This document shows, piece by piece, positions 36,610-48,879 of a stretch of 64,000 nt of DNA. The stretch comes from Mobula hypostoma (Eukaryota): the NCBI RefSeq assembly GCF_963921235.1, contig NC_086097.1, forward strand, positions 206,896,001 to 206,960,000, given 5' to 3'. The position numbers and the translations under genes are program-made. Positions within the stretch are counted from its first letter, which is position 1. Each line of letters starts with the position of its first letter. The notes beneath the pieces were generated by a model that saw nothing but the letters and a program-made list of their open reading frames with translations, did no database searches and was not told the origin of the DNA.

Positions 36610-37210
36610 TAGAGTAGTGGAGTCTCAAACTAGAGGGCATAGGATTAAGATGAAGGGGAATGATTTATTAGTGACCTTATGTCAAGTTTTTCATGCAAAG
36701 GGTGGTAGGAAACACTAAAGGCAGGCAAAATTGCAATGTTTAAAAGACATTTAGGCAGGTATATGGACTTAGGAAAGGTTTAGAGGTATGTGGCTAGATG
36801 CAGAGAAATCGGGTGAGCTTGGATAGACAACTAGGTCTGTAAGGACAGATTGGGTCAAAGGATCTGTTTCTGTGCTGGATAACTCAAAGACCCTACATAG
36901 ATATTTCATTTTAATCCTCAAGCAAGATTTGGCAGTATATTAATGACCTAATTGGAGATCAGTTCAGTTTAGTGAATTTAGAAATTAACCTTGTGAACCT
37001 ATGCTGCACTCACTCAATAGCTAGAATGTCCTTCCTCAAATTTGGAAACCAAAACTGTACACAATATTCCAGGTGTGGTCTCACCAGGGCCCTGTACAAC
37101 TGCAGAAGGACCTCTTTGCTCCTATACTCAATTCCCCTTGTTATGAAGGCCAACATGCCATTAGCTTTCTTCACTGCCTGCTGTACTTGCATGCTTACTT
37201 TCAGTGACTG
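36610..37210. mobile_element. Two CR1 fragments (+ strand 36610-36890; - strand 36985-37210)
   Basis: C-terminal/3'UTR remnant, and ORF 37010-37192 QVQQAVKKANGMLAFITRGIEYRSKEVLLQLYRALVRPHLEYC. Confidence 0.8.
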
Positions 37211-37709
37211 ATTTAAGCCCTAGGACACAGTTGCTGGTGTTCTTCATGGCAGTGTGGGAGTGCTGTGTGCAATTTTGGACACCAACCTATAGGAAAGATA
37301 TAAGTAAGATTGAAAGTGTATAGAGAAAACTTACAACAACGTTGCCAGGGCTGGGGGACCTAAGTTATAAGGAAAAATTGAATGTTAGGACTTGGATTGT
37401 AGAAGATTGAGAGGATATTTGATAGAGGTATACAAAATTATGAGGGGTACAGATAGGGTAAATGCAAGCAGGCATTTTCCACTAAGGTTGTGTGAGACGA
37501 CAACTAGAAGTCGTGTGTTAAGGGTGAAAGGTGAAATGCTTAAGGGGAACATGAGGGAAAACTTTCTCACTCAGAGGGTCGTGAAAGTGTGATGAGCTGC
37601 CAGCTAATGTGGTGCATGGAAGCTCAATTTCAGCATTTAAAGAAGTTGAATAGGTACATAGATGGTAAGGTAATGGAAGACTATGGTCCCAGTGCAGGTC
37701 AATGGGAGT

Positions 37710-38026
37710 CATCATCATCATCAGGTGCCATGCCAAATTTAAGCTTTGACTGCCATGGGCCACACACTCCTGTTTTGAGTCAAGTGGATCAATTCACTGG
37801 CATTCATTTCCAGTTCTCTGGCTGCTGTCTCCATCATCATTTGTCTTTTTCTTCCTCTTGCTTTTTTTCCATTCAATATTTACCATAATTTCCATGCATT
37901 CTACAAACGTAACTCCTCTTTCCTAATCACATGTCCAATGAAGTTACGTTGCCTTTTCATGATCTCATACATTATTTCTCTTTTTGTGTTTGCTCTGTTC
38001 ATGACATCCTCGTTAGATATTTGTTT
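37710..38026 (-). mobile_element. RTE-clade LINE 3' end with (GAT)n tail
   Basis: Minus strand encodes YEIMKRQRNFIGHVIRKEE; TSD tcaatggg(a/t)gt at 37699-37709 and 38027-38037. Confidence 0.75.
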
Positions 38027-38050
38027 TCAATGGGTGTAGGCTTTTAAAAT

Positions 38051-38232
38051 AACACACACAAAATGCTGGTGGAACGCAGCAGGCCAGACAGCATCCATAG
38101 GAAGAAGCACAGTCGACGTCTCGGCCCAAAACATTGACTGTGCTTCTTCCTATGGATGCTGTCTGGCCTGCTGCGTTCTACCAGCATTTTGTGTGTGTTG
38201 CTTGAATTTCCAGCATCTGCAGGTTTCCTCGT
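38051..38232. mobile_element. Penelope mini-hairpin (two inverted pLTR ends fused inside the hammerhead)
   Basis: 38051-38114 is the reverse complement of 38136-38199; flanks gtaggcttttaaaat/gtaggcattttaaat. Confidence 0.85.
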
Positions 38233-38389
38233 GTAGGCATTTTAAATAGATGGGCTGAATGGCCTGTTCCTGTGCCATACTTTTCTATGATTCCGTGACT
38301 CTATCCTGAACTCCACTTCAAATGTGATTAGAAATGGGCAACAAATGTGAGTCTTGACAGCAACCTATACATCAGCAAATCATCAGTTA

Positions 38390-38659
38390 AATGAGTCCTT
38401 CCTAGCCTGTCGCACCAGACAGATAGCCATTCTTTTCTGGCGTGTAGTGTCAGGATTGGTCTCTTTCGGATTAACCAGGTCATGATATGAACGCTCCTAA
38501 CTCGACCCTTGTTTTTTTTTTTACGAGGCCAAGTGGCTAGCTCGATACTCAACCCAGCACGGATGGAAAGTGTGCTTGGGGGGTGGCCCGACTTGGATTC
38601 GAACTTGGGAGCCTTTGCTCCGAAGTCCGGTGCTGATGCCACTGTGCCACCAGCTGGCC
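38390..38659 (-). mobile_element. tRNA-derived SINE (head with a TCG anticodon-like loop)
   Basis: Minus strand ggccagctggtggcacagtggcatcagcaccggacttcggagcaaaggctcccaagttcgaatcc (A box, B box GTTCGAATC). Confidence 0.7.
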
Positions 38660-39189
38660 GAATTAAATGAGCGAAAGAGGGGAATATAAATGTCAATAAA
38701 ATAAGAATGGAGTTGATTTTAAAGGAAGTAAGATACCAGACTCTTTTGCAGAGATTATCTTTATAGTTTTTCTTAAAACAGATCTTAGGTTTCTATATGC
38801 ATTTCCATCAGGCTTTCGCATCTTGTTGCTTTAACGTACCAAAGGATGCCAGATTGCAAGCTTGCATCCTAAGCTACCTGCAACTTAAATATTACAAGCC
38901 CATATTCACTGCATTTTTGTCAACATTTTTGGTAGTATATAAGCACTTGGAAGTCAGTCTTAATATGGAGTGAAAATTAACACAAGAGAAAAGTTTTGAC
39001 AGTTTAGAAGGAACAGAGCAATTAACCTAAAGAAATTAGTTTACGTACAGAGAGTAAAATAGTCAAAGCAATTCACTTCGCTTTGTATGCTTATTTTGCT
39101 ATTTTATACAGCTAGAAAAATTTGGAGTCCTATCCATCTGAAATCAAGATGGACAGATCCAATGGCGGTTCCATTCTGGATTGACAGAG

Positions 39190-39335
39190 AGGCACTGCAG
39201 AGATGCAGTATATAATGCTGCTTCTGTACAGCTACAGTAGCCCAGGTTCAGCCCTGACTTCGAGTGCCAGCTGTGTGGAGTTTGCATGTTTTCGATGAGG
39301 CTATGAACATTTCCATATGGCTCCCACATCCAGAA
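39190..39335 (+). mobile_element. V-SINE (HE1-like) remnant
   Basis: V-domain core ctgtgtggagtttgcatgtt and downstream ctcccacatcc. Confidence 0.55.
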
Positions 39336-40279
39336 CAGGAACCGGCAAATTATTTTGTTTCTGTTTTCCCACATTTCTATTAAAGGACTCACCTTCAAAT
39401 TTATTTGGTTCACTTTGATTGGCAAAGCTGTTATCAGCGCATGCATTTTCTCTTCAGCCTTCTCTTTTGGAGCTATTGGATAACAGCAATTCGGTCTAAG
39501 GGATTTGCAAAGTTCTGTACCATTTATTTCTCTAACATTTTTGTAACTAATATTTTTAAACAATCATTTCGTAGATGAGGTAGGCACTGACATGGTCGGC
39601 ATATATTTCCCACCCCAGTTTTCTTTGAAACGGTACTTGCAAACAGTTTGGTTTATAAATGGAACCCTGACATAACTGGGAACTGTCTGAATGCAGATTA
39701 GTTACTGCAAATCAACAAGTCATGTCCAGATTCTACTGTAAGAACATCATTTAAGGAACATTCTTGCCAGCCAATAATTTTGTGAACATTGTTAATGATT
39801 AAGTGTGGATGCTCTGATAATGTACTTTCTTATGTAGCAAGAGGGAAAAATGTGTGCTGAGAAGGGCCAGGCAATAAGTTTGGACAATTTGCCTGGCATA
39901 CTTGAATAGCAAAGAGTGTCTGCACACCTATGGATGTGAGTGGGAAACTTGCATTGTCACTGTGTGTGAGAGATGGGGGAGGAATGCGAATGTGCTGCAT
40001 TAAAGGCAATGTCTATAACTTCCGGTTTAACATTGTGCTACTGAAGCTGTGTGATCGTCTACTGGTAGGTTGAAAGCAAAGAAATTTGGTTAAAAACATT
40101 ACCAATAACACCTTTTTTAGAAGTAAATTTGGATAAACTATCAACACAAATAATGAAGAGGTGAACAAAGACAGAGCGAATTTGAGAGATATGCCTTGTA
40201 GATAAAATCAATGCACTTGGAGTTGGAGTCATGCTGGTTGGATTTGGAGATGAGAAGATGAGCAGAGGAGTTCTGATGC

Positions 40280-41035
40280 CCATCCAACTGACCTGGGTGC
40301 AAGGATGGATGACTTTAAGCACTGAGCCGATCTGAAGGTGTTGAAAACAGCAGTGAAATCCAGATCTGAAGTGAATCACTGGATAGTGCATTCTAGGCCT
40401 GGGCTGATTCACCACAGTGGAGCATGGGCCCTAATATGAGGCACGACCTACTGTTCGGACAATATAAATATAAATGACCTGACCTAGATAGACAAAGGCA
40501 GGGTGTTGGGAGCCGGGCAAGGTTGGATTGCTCTGGGCACCGAGCTGTTTGGAAAGGTTGAGAACAGCTTCTTTGGCAGAAAAATCGAGGCCCAAAGCGA
40601 ACTACTGGGTGGCATGCCTAGGCCCAGAGTGATTCACTGGGGAGGAGCCTGGGACCTATTACCAGTATGATCCACCATTCAGACAATTTAAACATCAGCC
40701 CAGAGAGACTGGGGTCTCCTCTCTCTATGACTCTAAGGATGTGTAACTACCCCGGCTGCTGTACTTCGTGTCTGCAAACTAGCTGTGATTTGCCCTGCTA
40801 ATATGATGAACTGAATACCAAGGCTTTGGGCCTACTCCAGGCTGCTCCAGGGATTTGGACCTAAGGGCTCAATTTGGTTCAGAATGCTGTTGTTTTTGCT
40901 CGCTTCCATTATTTGCATGATTTGTGTTTTTTTTCCCTTCCTCTGTGCTCATTGGGTAAGCAAATTAAGTAAGCAAATGTCAAGGTTATACCATTTATAC
41001 ATTATTTGATAATAAATGTGCTTTGAATCTTTGCA
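40280..41035 (+). repeat. Unclassified interspersed repeat with LINE-like tail
   Basis: Shares ttgcatgatttgtgttttt and ttgataataaatgt.ctttgaatc with 55480-56620. Confidence 0.45.
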
Positions 41036-41389
41036 TCTTGTGGTGCAGTTGAGGGGAGATGGCAAAAGATGTTGCTTTCACTGATTCTGTGGGTGCAAGC
41101 ATGCATCATTGAGCAGATTACTACACTGCATCCAAACACTAGAGCTTGTCTCCCTGATCTGCCTGGTATAGCAATCAGCTCTCTATGTCTGTTCTCAGGT
41201 CAGTTGTTAGGAACAGTTAACAATGTTCTCTTCTCCATGATGCCTTTCACATATGGAAAAGATACTCGCACCTGCTCCTACCACAAGGTACTTCTGTTTA
41301 AAAAGTGTTGACTAGATTGGCTAGTGACTCCCTTGACATAATTTGTAGCCAACAAAATAGCTTAAATTGGTATGCTGCCTGCATTGCAA

Positions 41390-42141
41390 GTGTGCACTAA
41401 ACGTCAGTAAGACGAAAGAGCTAATTGTGGACTTCAGGAAGGATAAGACGAAGGAACACATACCAATCCTCATAGAGGGATCAGAAGTGGAGAGAGTGAG
41501 CAGCTACAAGTTCTTGAGTGTCAAGATCTCTGATGACCTAACATGGTCCCAACATATCGATACAGCTATAAAGAAGGCCAGACATCGACTATACTTCATT
41601 AGGAGTTTGAAGTGATTTGGTGCGTCAACAAAAGCACTCAAAAGCTTTTATGGCTGTACCATAAAGAGCATTCTGACAGGCTGCATCACTGTCTGGTACA
41701 GGGGTGGTGGTGGTGGAGGTGCTACTGCACAGGACCGAAAGAGGGTTGTAAATTTAGTCAGCTCCACCTTGGGTACTAGCCTACAAGGTATCAAGGACAT
41801 CTGCAAGGAGCGGTGTCTCAGAAAGGCAGTGTCCATTATTAAGGACCTCCAGCACCCAGGACATGCCCTTTTCTCACTGTTATCATCAGATAGGAGGTAC
41901 AGAAGCCTAAAGGCACACACTCAGTGATTCAGGAACAGCTCCTTCCCCTCTGCCATCTGATTCCTAAATGGACATTGAATCTTTGGACAGTACCTCACTT
42001 TTTAAATATATATTATTTCTGGTTTTGCACGATTTTTATTCGATTCAATATACATATACTGTAATGTATTCATTTATTATTATTATTCTATATTATGTAT
42101 CATGACACATGCTGGTGATAATAAACCTGATTCTGATTCTG
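41390..42141 (+). mobile_element. Rex1/Babar-like LINE 3' fragment
   Basis: ALNVSKTKELIVDFRK..VERVSSYKFLSVKISDDLTWSQH..KKARHRLYFIRSLK; tail (TTCTGA)n. Confidence 0.88.
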
Positions 42142-42284
42142 CATTAAACGCACAGTGTGCGTCCCTGAGCATTTTCTGGCTTTCTAAATTAGCACTCCCT
42201 ACAGTTGTGGAATTTCCACATTATTTGTCCCACACAAAATAAATTGTTGCAGATCAAATATTAAAAATTGGCTCAAAGGAAACT

Positions 42285-43528
42285 TGTATTACTGTATTTG
42301 AAATATTACAGGAAACTCTAGATCTAGATTAGGAAGACCTCTGCCTAATCAGAAATCTGCACTGGGAACAAACTGCCACTGTAAGAATAGATGGAGAAGT
42401 GAGTCAGTTTATGAAAATCAAGAGAGGCTCTGGGGAAGTCTTTGACTGCTTGTCGGTGTGTCTTCCCTCGCACTCCCAACTCCCGACTCGAGTAGCCTTG
42501 ATGTTGATGTGGCTACAAATCCTCTGCAGCTTACTTCGACCGGTCGGACCCTTGTTTTCCAGCCAGGTTGTTGCGCATCGGCTGCACGCTCAGCATACCT
42601 CAGCCTCTTGTGCTCATGGGCCTCCTCCATTGCAGCCTCACAGGGCACTGTAAGCTCGAAGATGTAAACGAGATGGACTGAGGCTGACCATAGCACAAGG
42701 TCTGGTCTGAGGTTGGTTTCCACGATTTCAGTTGGGAAGCAGAGCCTCTGGCCTAAGTCTGCCACCATCTTCCAATCACGTGACCCGCCTAGCCGCCCGG
42801 TGTCTCGTCTCGATGTATCGAGTCTGGCTTGACCCTCACCTTCCCGGACAAATGTTGTTAAAGGCCAGCGGGGCGAAGGGAGAGGGAGAGCGTTGACGCT
42901 CATCCGCCGACTTTCCAGCACTGCTGCAAGACACCGTAGCACCTGGTTGTGCTGCCAGGTGTATCGGCCTTGAGTAAGGCTGGTCTTGCAGCCCACCAGA
43001 ATGTGTTTTAGTGTTGCTGAAGTCGGGCAGAGGGAGCATGTGGGGTCCTCTCCATACCACTGGCTGAGATTCATGGGAGACAGTAAGACATCGTAGGCAG
43101 CCCTGATGGTGAAGCTTGCTCTGAATGTCCCCATCTCCCACAGCTCTTTCCAGGAGACCTTTCTTTTCTCCACTCCCTCCCATCTCATCCATTGCCTTTG
43201 CCTTGCCTGAGCGACGGCCTTTGCGCACCTTGCCGCCTCCTCCTGCCAACGTATCTCCTGCATCACGAGCCTGCGTCTCTGAGATGGAGCAGCCTTGTTC
43301 CAGGCTGGTGTACTGTCCCCAAGGCCAAGACCGCTCCTCCCTTGCTGCACTCGGCCCACAATGTCCCTGTGCTTGAGTGACGCCTTTGCTTGCTCGGTTG
43401 CTTCTGGTGGAGTCCATTTCCTCCCAGTATCCAGGATGTATGAGATCATGAAAAGGCAACGTAACTTCATTGGACATGTGATTAGGAAAGAGGAGTTAGA
43501 ATGCACAGTAATTATGGGAAAGATTGAA
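42285..43528 (+). mobile_element. RTE LINE remnant (RT piece 42285-42428 and C-terminal piece 43437-43528) flanking a HERO-like fragment
   Basis: DLCLIRNLHWEQTATVRIDGEVSQFMKIKRG; MYEIMKRQRNFIGHVIRKEELECTVIMGKIE. Confidence 0.7.
42426..43433 (-). mobile_element. HERO-like non-LTR retrotransposon fragment: CCHC zinc knuckle + restriction-like endonuclease
   Basis: ORF 42418-43506: TGRKW..GRSGLG..CSLCPTSATLKHILVGC..GRYTWQHNQVL..RPDLVLWS..ELTVP..KRLRY..PVEVSCRGFVATS. Confidence 0.85.
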
Positions 43529-43529
43529 T

Positions 43530-44396
43530 GCGACCAAAAAGTTCTATTTTAACTTCATCAGTCCACAGGACTTGTTTGCAAAATGCATTAGGCTTGTTTA
43601 GATGTTCCTTTGAACCTTTTGAATAGAACTTTTTCGCCACAATGAGCAAGGGTATGTTTGGGGAAAAAAAGGTGCAGAATTTCATGAAAAGAACCCCTGT
43701 CCAACTGTTAAGCACGGGGGTGGATCGATCATGCTTTGGGCTTGTGTTGCAGCCAGAGGCATGGGGAACATATGCTGGTAGAGGGAAGAATGAATTCAAT
43801 TAAATACCAGCAAATTCTGGAAGCAAACATCACACTGTCTGTAATAAAGCCGAAGATGAAAAGAGGATGGCTTCTACAACAGGATAATGATCCTAAACAC
43901 ACCTCAAAATCCACAATGGACTACCTCAAGAGGTGCAAGCTGAAGGTTTTGCCATGGCCCTCACAGTCCCCTGACCTAAACATCATCGAGAATCTGTGGA
44001 TAGACTTCAAAAAAGCAGTGCATGCAAGACGGCCCAAGAACCTTACAGAACTAGAAGCCTTTTGCAAGAAAGGATGGGCGAAAATCCCCCAAACAAGAAT
44101 TGAAAGACTCTTAACTGGCTACAAAAAGCAGTTACAAGCTGTGATGCTTGCCAAAGGGGGTTTTACTAAGTACTGACCATGCAGGGTACCCAAACTTTTG
44201 CTTCAGGCCGTTTCCTTTTTTGTTATTTTGAAACTGTAAAAGATGGAAATAAAAAAGGTTTTCTTGCTTAAAGTATTAAGGAAATCTGTCATCGTTAACC
44301 TTATGCCTTTTGGAAATCAGTTCATCTTTTATTCGCTTAGCGATTCACAGTAACAGAAATTTTGACGAGGGTTGCCCAAACTTTTGCATTCCACTG
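43530..44396 (+). mobile_element. Tc1-like DNA transposon 3' half (DD34E transposase fragment, IR-DR right end)
   Basis: ORF 43736-44176 LQQDNDPKHTSK..WPSQSPDLNIIENLW; right end ..ttttgcattccactg|TA; internal direct repeat cccaaacttttgc near 44189 and 44375. Confidence 0.9.
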
Positions 44397-45095
44397 TAGG
44401 AGCAGAATTAAGCCATTTATCCCATCGAGACTGCTCCACCATTTCATCATGGCTAATCCAATTATCCTCTTAGCCTCAATTTCCTGCCTTCTCCCTATAT
44501 CGCTTCATGCCCTAACCAATCAATAATCTATCAACCTCTGCCTTAAATATACATTTAGTCATGGCCTCCACAGCTGCCTGTGGCAAAGAATTCCACAGAT
44601 TCACCACACACTGGCTAAAGAAATTCTTCCTCATCTCTGTTCTAAAAAGATGTTCCTCTATTCTGAGGCTGTGTCCTCTGTTCTCAGACTCTCCACCACA
44701 GGAAACATCCTCTCCACATCCACTTTATCAAGGCCTTTCAACACTCAATAGATTTCAATGAGATCACCTCTCATTCTTCTAAATTCTAGTGAATACAGGC
44801 CCAGAGCCATCAATCACTCCTCATATGACAAGACATTCAATCCTGGAATCATTTTCGTGAACTTCCTTTGAACCCTCTCCAGTTTCAGCACATCCTTTCT
44901 AAGATAAGCGGCCCAAAACTGCTCACAATACTCCAAATGAGGCCTCACCAGTGCTTTATAAAATCTCAACATTATATCCTTGCTTTTATATTCTGGTCCT
45001 CTTGAAATAAATGTTAGCATTGCATTTGCCTTCCTCACCACAGACTCAACCTGCAAATTAACCTTTAGGGAATCCTGCACAAGGACTCCCAAATC
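44397..45095 (-). mobile_element. CR1 3' fragment
   Basis: ORF 44814-45092 GVLVQDSLKVNLQVESVVRKANAML..HLEYCEQFW. Confidence 0.88.
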
Positions 45096-47440
45096 AGTAC
45101 CTTGAAATATTTAATTTATGCACTTTACTTTCTTTACTTATGTGTAATTCATGTGTAGATTTAGTCCTTACTTTGATAAGTTAATGTGTGTTATGTGTAT
45201 GACTATGCTTTACACCCTGTCTCATTTGACGGATTGCATGTATATAGTTATAAAACAATGAACTTAACATGACATTGCTACTTCATGGGATATTTCTGCT
45301 GCAACTGGCCAATATTCCTCTATTGGAATCAGATAACCTTCTATCATTTCCCTACCCCAGTAGATCAGTTTCTGGAGTTAATTTCTCCCACCATTCTGGC
45401 CAAAGAAACCTCATAGTCAAAGAGCATGGAAACAGTCTCTTTCTGCATTGCTATTCATCAATCAAACATTTACATTAATACCTACACTATTACCATTTTA
45501 TATTCTGCACATATTTCTCTCAACTCTTCTTGCACACTTTCATCTTTCCTCTGTTTCAGTTTCACCCTCCAATATCTCCTCCCGTCCCTACAACTAACCC
45601 TGCCAATCTCTCTATCTGGCTAGTTATGGCCACAAAGTGGTGAGGAAACAATTATGTGAGTTAAGTCCTGCCATTAACTTTGGGAGGTCCTGAGGGAAAC
45701 CTGTTTTTCCAGGCTTCCCAAAAGCAAACCATCTGTTCTGATTGGTCCGCCCCACCCCCGTCTCTCTGCAAAGATTATTTCTGTTCTGTTTCATACATAA
45801 CTGAATTTCTAAGTAATTTATTATTTATATGAGCTTCAAAGAATTATTGACACTCACTCAAGGCGTTACAAAATACAACCTTTCTTTCATTTACAGTTCC
45901 CAGTAGATACAATCCAACATTATTAAATATAAACAGATGAAGACACTTTGTAATTTTATTTTTCTGGTTCAATCCAAATTTGTAAAGGCTTTATATGGTT
46001 AACAAAATATTTCACTTGTTTAGTAATATGCCTTTCTATTGTGGCAACAGGTTTAATGTATTAACTTATCTGGAAGAGTTCAGATTCTATTTTTTTTACA
46101 ATATTTCAACAGTTACTCTAGGGATAAAAACATGAACATTCTCCCATGGATTAGGCGTTTCTACAGGGATTGGTTTTAGTTCAACATTTGTTATCTGTGT
46201 AATTGGTTGCTCATACAACAGTATAGTTTCATACAGAGACCATATAAATGTGTATTTTATTGTTCAACTTCTGAAAGCCTTACTTGCCAGCTTTCTATTC
46301 TCATTAACTGGACCAAGGTTGAACCAGTGATTTCAAAATTTGGGAAAATGTTGTGCCAGGAACTTGCAGGACAAATGCCTCTCCTTAAACTTAACTAAAC
46401 GTCAATCTTTTGTATTTATTGTCCTGACACAAAATTGAAATACATGCAAAACTTCTGGAATGTGGGCATGGAGATCACCTGGCTTCTTAGAAATTTTTAA
46501 CCATTGCTCATACTTTACTATGTCATAACTGCTATAGACCAGTGAAAGCTAAACAGGCACAAAATCTATCTGGACACTAAGTCCGTGAAAATAAAAAATG
46601 CAAATGCTAGAAATCTAAAATAAAGCAAATAAATACCTCCATCAGAAGTGGGATAGAGTCTTGTTAAATTGTAGAGGGCAATGTCTCTGATAAGGTAAAA
46701 CCTTGAGGATACAGTATTTATAAACAAGGCTATTTGGCCGATGAGTGAACAGACAACATGCTCACCCTGGCCTGTTATGCATGTCTTCTTGCTCTGAATT
46801 TCACAACTTCCACACTCTTTTGTCTGTGTCTTTTGATCTGTATGCATCCACTCATTGACCAGATAACTTGGCTATCAAATTTCTTTTCTTTCCTTCCCAG
46901 TCTGAATAAAGGTCCTTGACTTGAAACACCAGATCTGTTTCTCATCCTACAGACACAGTTTGACCAGCTATTTCTAGCATTCCTGTGTTTATCTTTGGCA
47001 ACAAATCCAAAGACTTTGGTAAGAATGGGTGCATACATAATTACACATCGTTTTTTATCTCCTCAAGATCATCTGCCTATTCTAAAATGAATAAAATTGT
47101 CAAAGAAGGAAGTTTATGTACCCAAAGTTTTCAACACAATTAAAACAGGAGCTGTCAGCCAGGCAGTTGAACATTGAGAGTGTGGTAAACCATATATATA
47201 GATGTTGTAACTGGGTTACCTGTCTGGACACGCCCCTCTGCTGACTGCTCCTGTGGCTCCTCCCACAGACTCCTGAATAAAGGTAATTGTGTCACTGCTC
47301 CTCCTCTCAGCCCAGGGCAGATACTCAGCATAGTTGAAGTCACATTTTACTGCTAATAAAAGCCTTTCAGTATTTACTCTATGTTCAGTCTTTTGGAGTA
47401 ATTGATAGTGCATCAATTTTATTAGCAGTAATTCTAAAGC

Positions 47441-48740
47441 ATGGAACACATCATGAGACCCGACAAGTTAGATCTTGACCCACAAACACTTGAAGCCGGA
47501 AACACTTTCTAACTCTGGCTGGCCTGCTTCGAATCATGCCTGGAGGAGAATGAAGTGACTGAGCCCACCGCGAAGCGCAGAGTTCTCCTCTCCAGGGTCA
47601 GTCCACAGGTCTACTCGTTGATCAGAGACCAGCCGAGCTACGATGGCGCGATGAGCACCCTCAGAAGACAATACCTGCGGCCGGTAAACACCGTCTATGC
47701 ACAGCATCGCTTAGCGACGCGGCAGCAGCGGCCCGCAGAGTCAAGCGCTGAGCTCCTCTGGGCACTACAGACACTCGTGTGGACCTGTGACTGCCGAGAA
47801 CTGACGGCTGAACAGCATGCGGAGCTCCTAGTAAGAGACACCTTCGTCACGGGGACCAGGTTAGTGTATGTGCGCCAGCGGCTGCTGGAACACGCTGATC
47901 TTACCTTACATCTGGCGATTGAGCTGGCCGACACGCTGGAGGCTGCTCTGCACAACTCTGACGCTCTCCAGGCACGCGATCTCCCGACGGCCGCATGGAC
48001 GCCGCAGACCCCGCAACCCGCCAGCGAATCGACCAAGGCTGCCGCCAATCGTGAGTCCGCGAAGTGCTACTTCTGCGGACTGGAGAAGCACCCCCGGAAA
48101 CGGTGCCCGGCCCGAGAAGCTACCTGCTCCAGTTGCGGAAAGAAGGGGCACTTCGCCAAGGCCTGTAAGTCCAAACCGCGAGCGGGATCGAGCAGCGCCG
48201 CGTGTGAGGCATGGGGGCCGCCATCTTTATGCATGCCGCCACCATGTGCGAGACATGGGGGCGGCCATTTTGGTTGGTGTCTACCTCGCACCACCTACGA
48301 TCCACGAGTGCTCACAGGGCACCCCACCACGCCGGACCAAGACAGCGACTCAAGTCTGGCCTCCGTGACCCTTGACCGAAGTGCTCCCTACCAGCTTGCA
48401 AGGTCAATGATGGACATCCTGGTGGAGGGGCGCAGGACAAGCTGCCTGTTTGACACAGGCAGCACAGAGAGTTTTATCCACCCGGACACGGTGCAGCATT
48501 GAGGACTCGTGATACGGCCAGTAAGTCAGAGGGTCGCCATAGCTTCCGGGTCGCATACAACAGACATCCGGGGGGGTAGTGTAGTGACGCTAGTGGTGCA
48601 GGGCACAGAATATCGAGACTTTACGTTACTGGTCATGCCTCAACTATGTGCCCCTGTGCTATCGGGGCTCGACTTCCAGAGCCACCTGAAAAGCTTGACA
48701 ATGGAGTATGACGGGCCCCTCCCACCAATTACTGTCTGAA
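47441..48740 (+). pseudogene. gag: Gypsy gag (two zinc knuckles) + aspartic protease
   Basis: ATG at 47441 (MEHIMRPDKLDLDPQ), in-frame stop, CYFCGLEKHPRKRC and CSSCGKKGHFAKAC, LFDTGSTESFI. Confidence 0.88.
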
Positions 48741-48879
48741 ATCATCAGTTTTTAGGAATACGTCACATACCCCACCACTGACCACCCACACACACCGACC
48801 CGCACATCCCACCCAACATCATGCCAACTGCCACACTACCGACACCACTTGCGGCCTCTCCACCCTCAGGATCCCTCCC

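Larger units (their letters stand above)
37255..38305 (+). mobile_element. CR1 3' fragment whose 3'UTR hosts an RTE fragment and a Penelope mini-hairpin
   Basis: CCVQFWTPTYRKDI..RRLRGYLIEVYKIMRG; UTR resumes at 38248 (gatgggctgaatggcctg..ttctatgattc). Confidence 0.8.

Noticed and set aside
38585..38659. tRNA gene
   Set aside because: The cloverleaf is imperfect and continues into a SINE body also present at 26316-26454; called a SINE head.
45735..45765. CCAAT box + GC box promoter-like cluster
   Set aside because: No CpG island or downstream gene evidence; the motifs are short.
46890..46990. Additional hammerhead/Penelope pLTR copy
   Set aside because: Too degenerate (core reads ctgaataa..gaaacacc); at most an old remnant.
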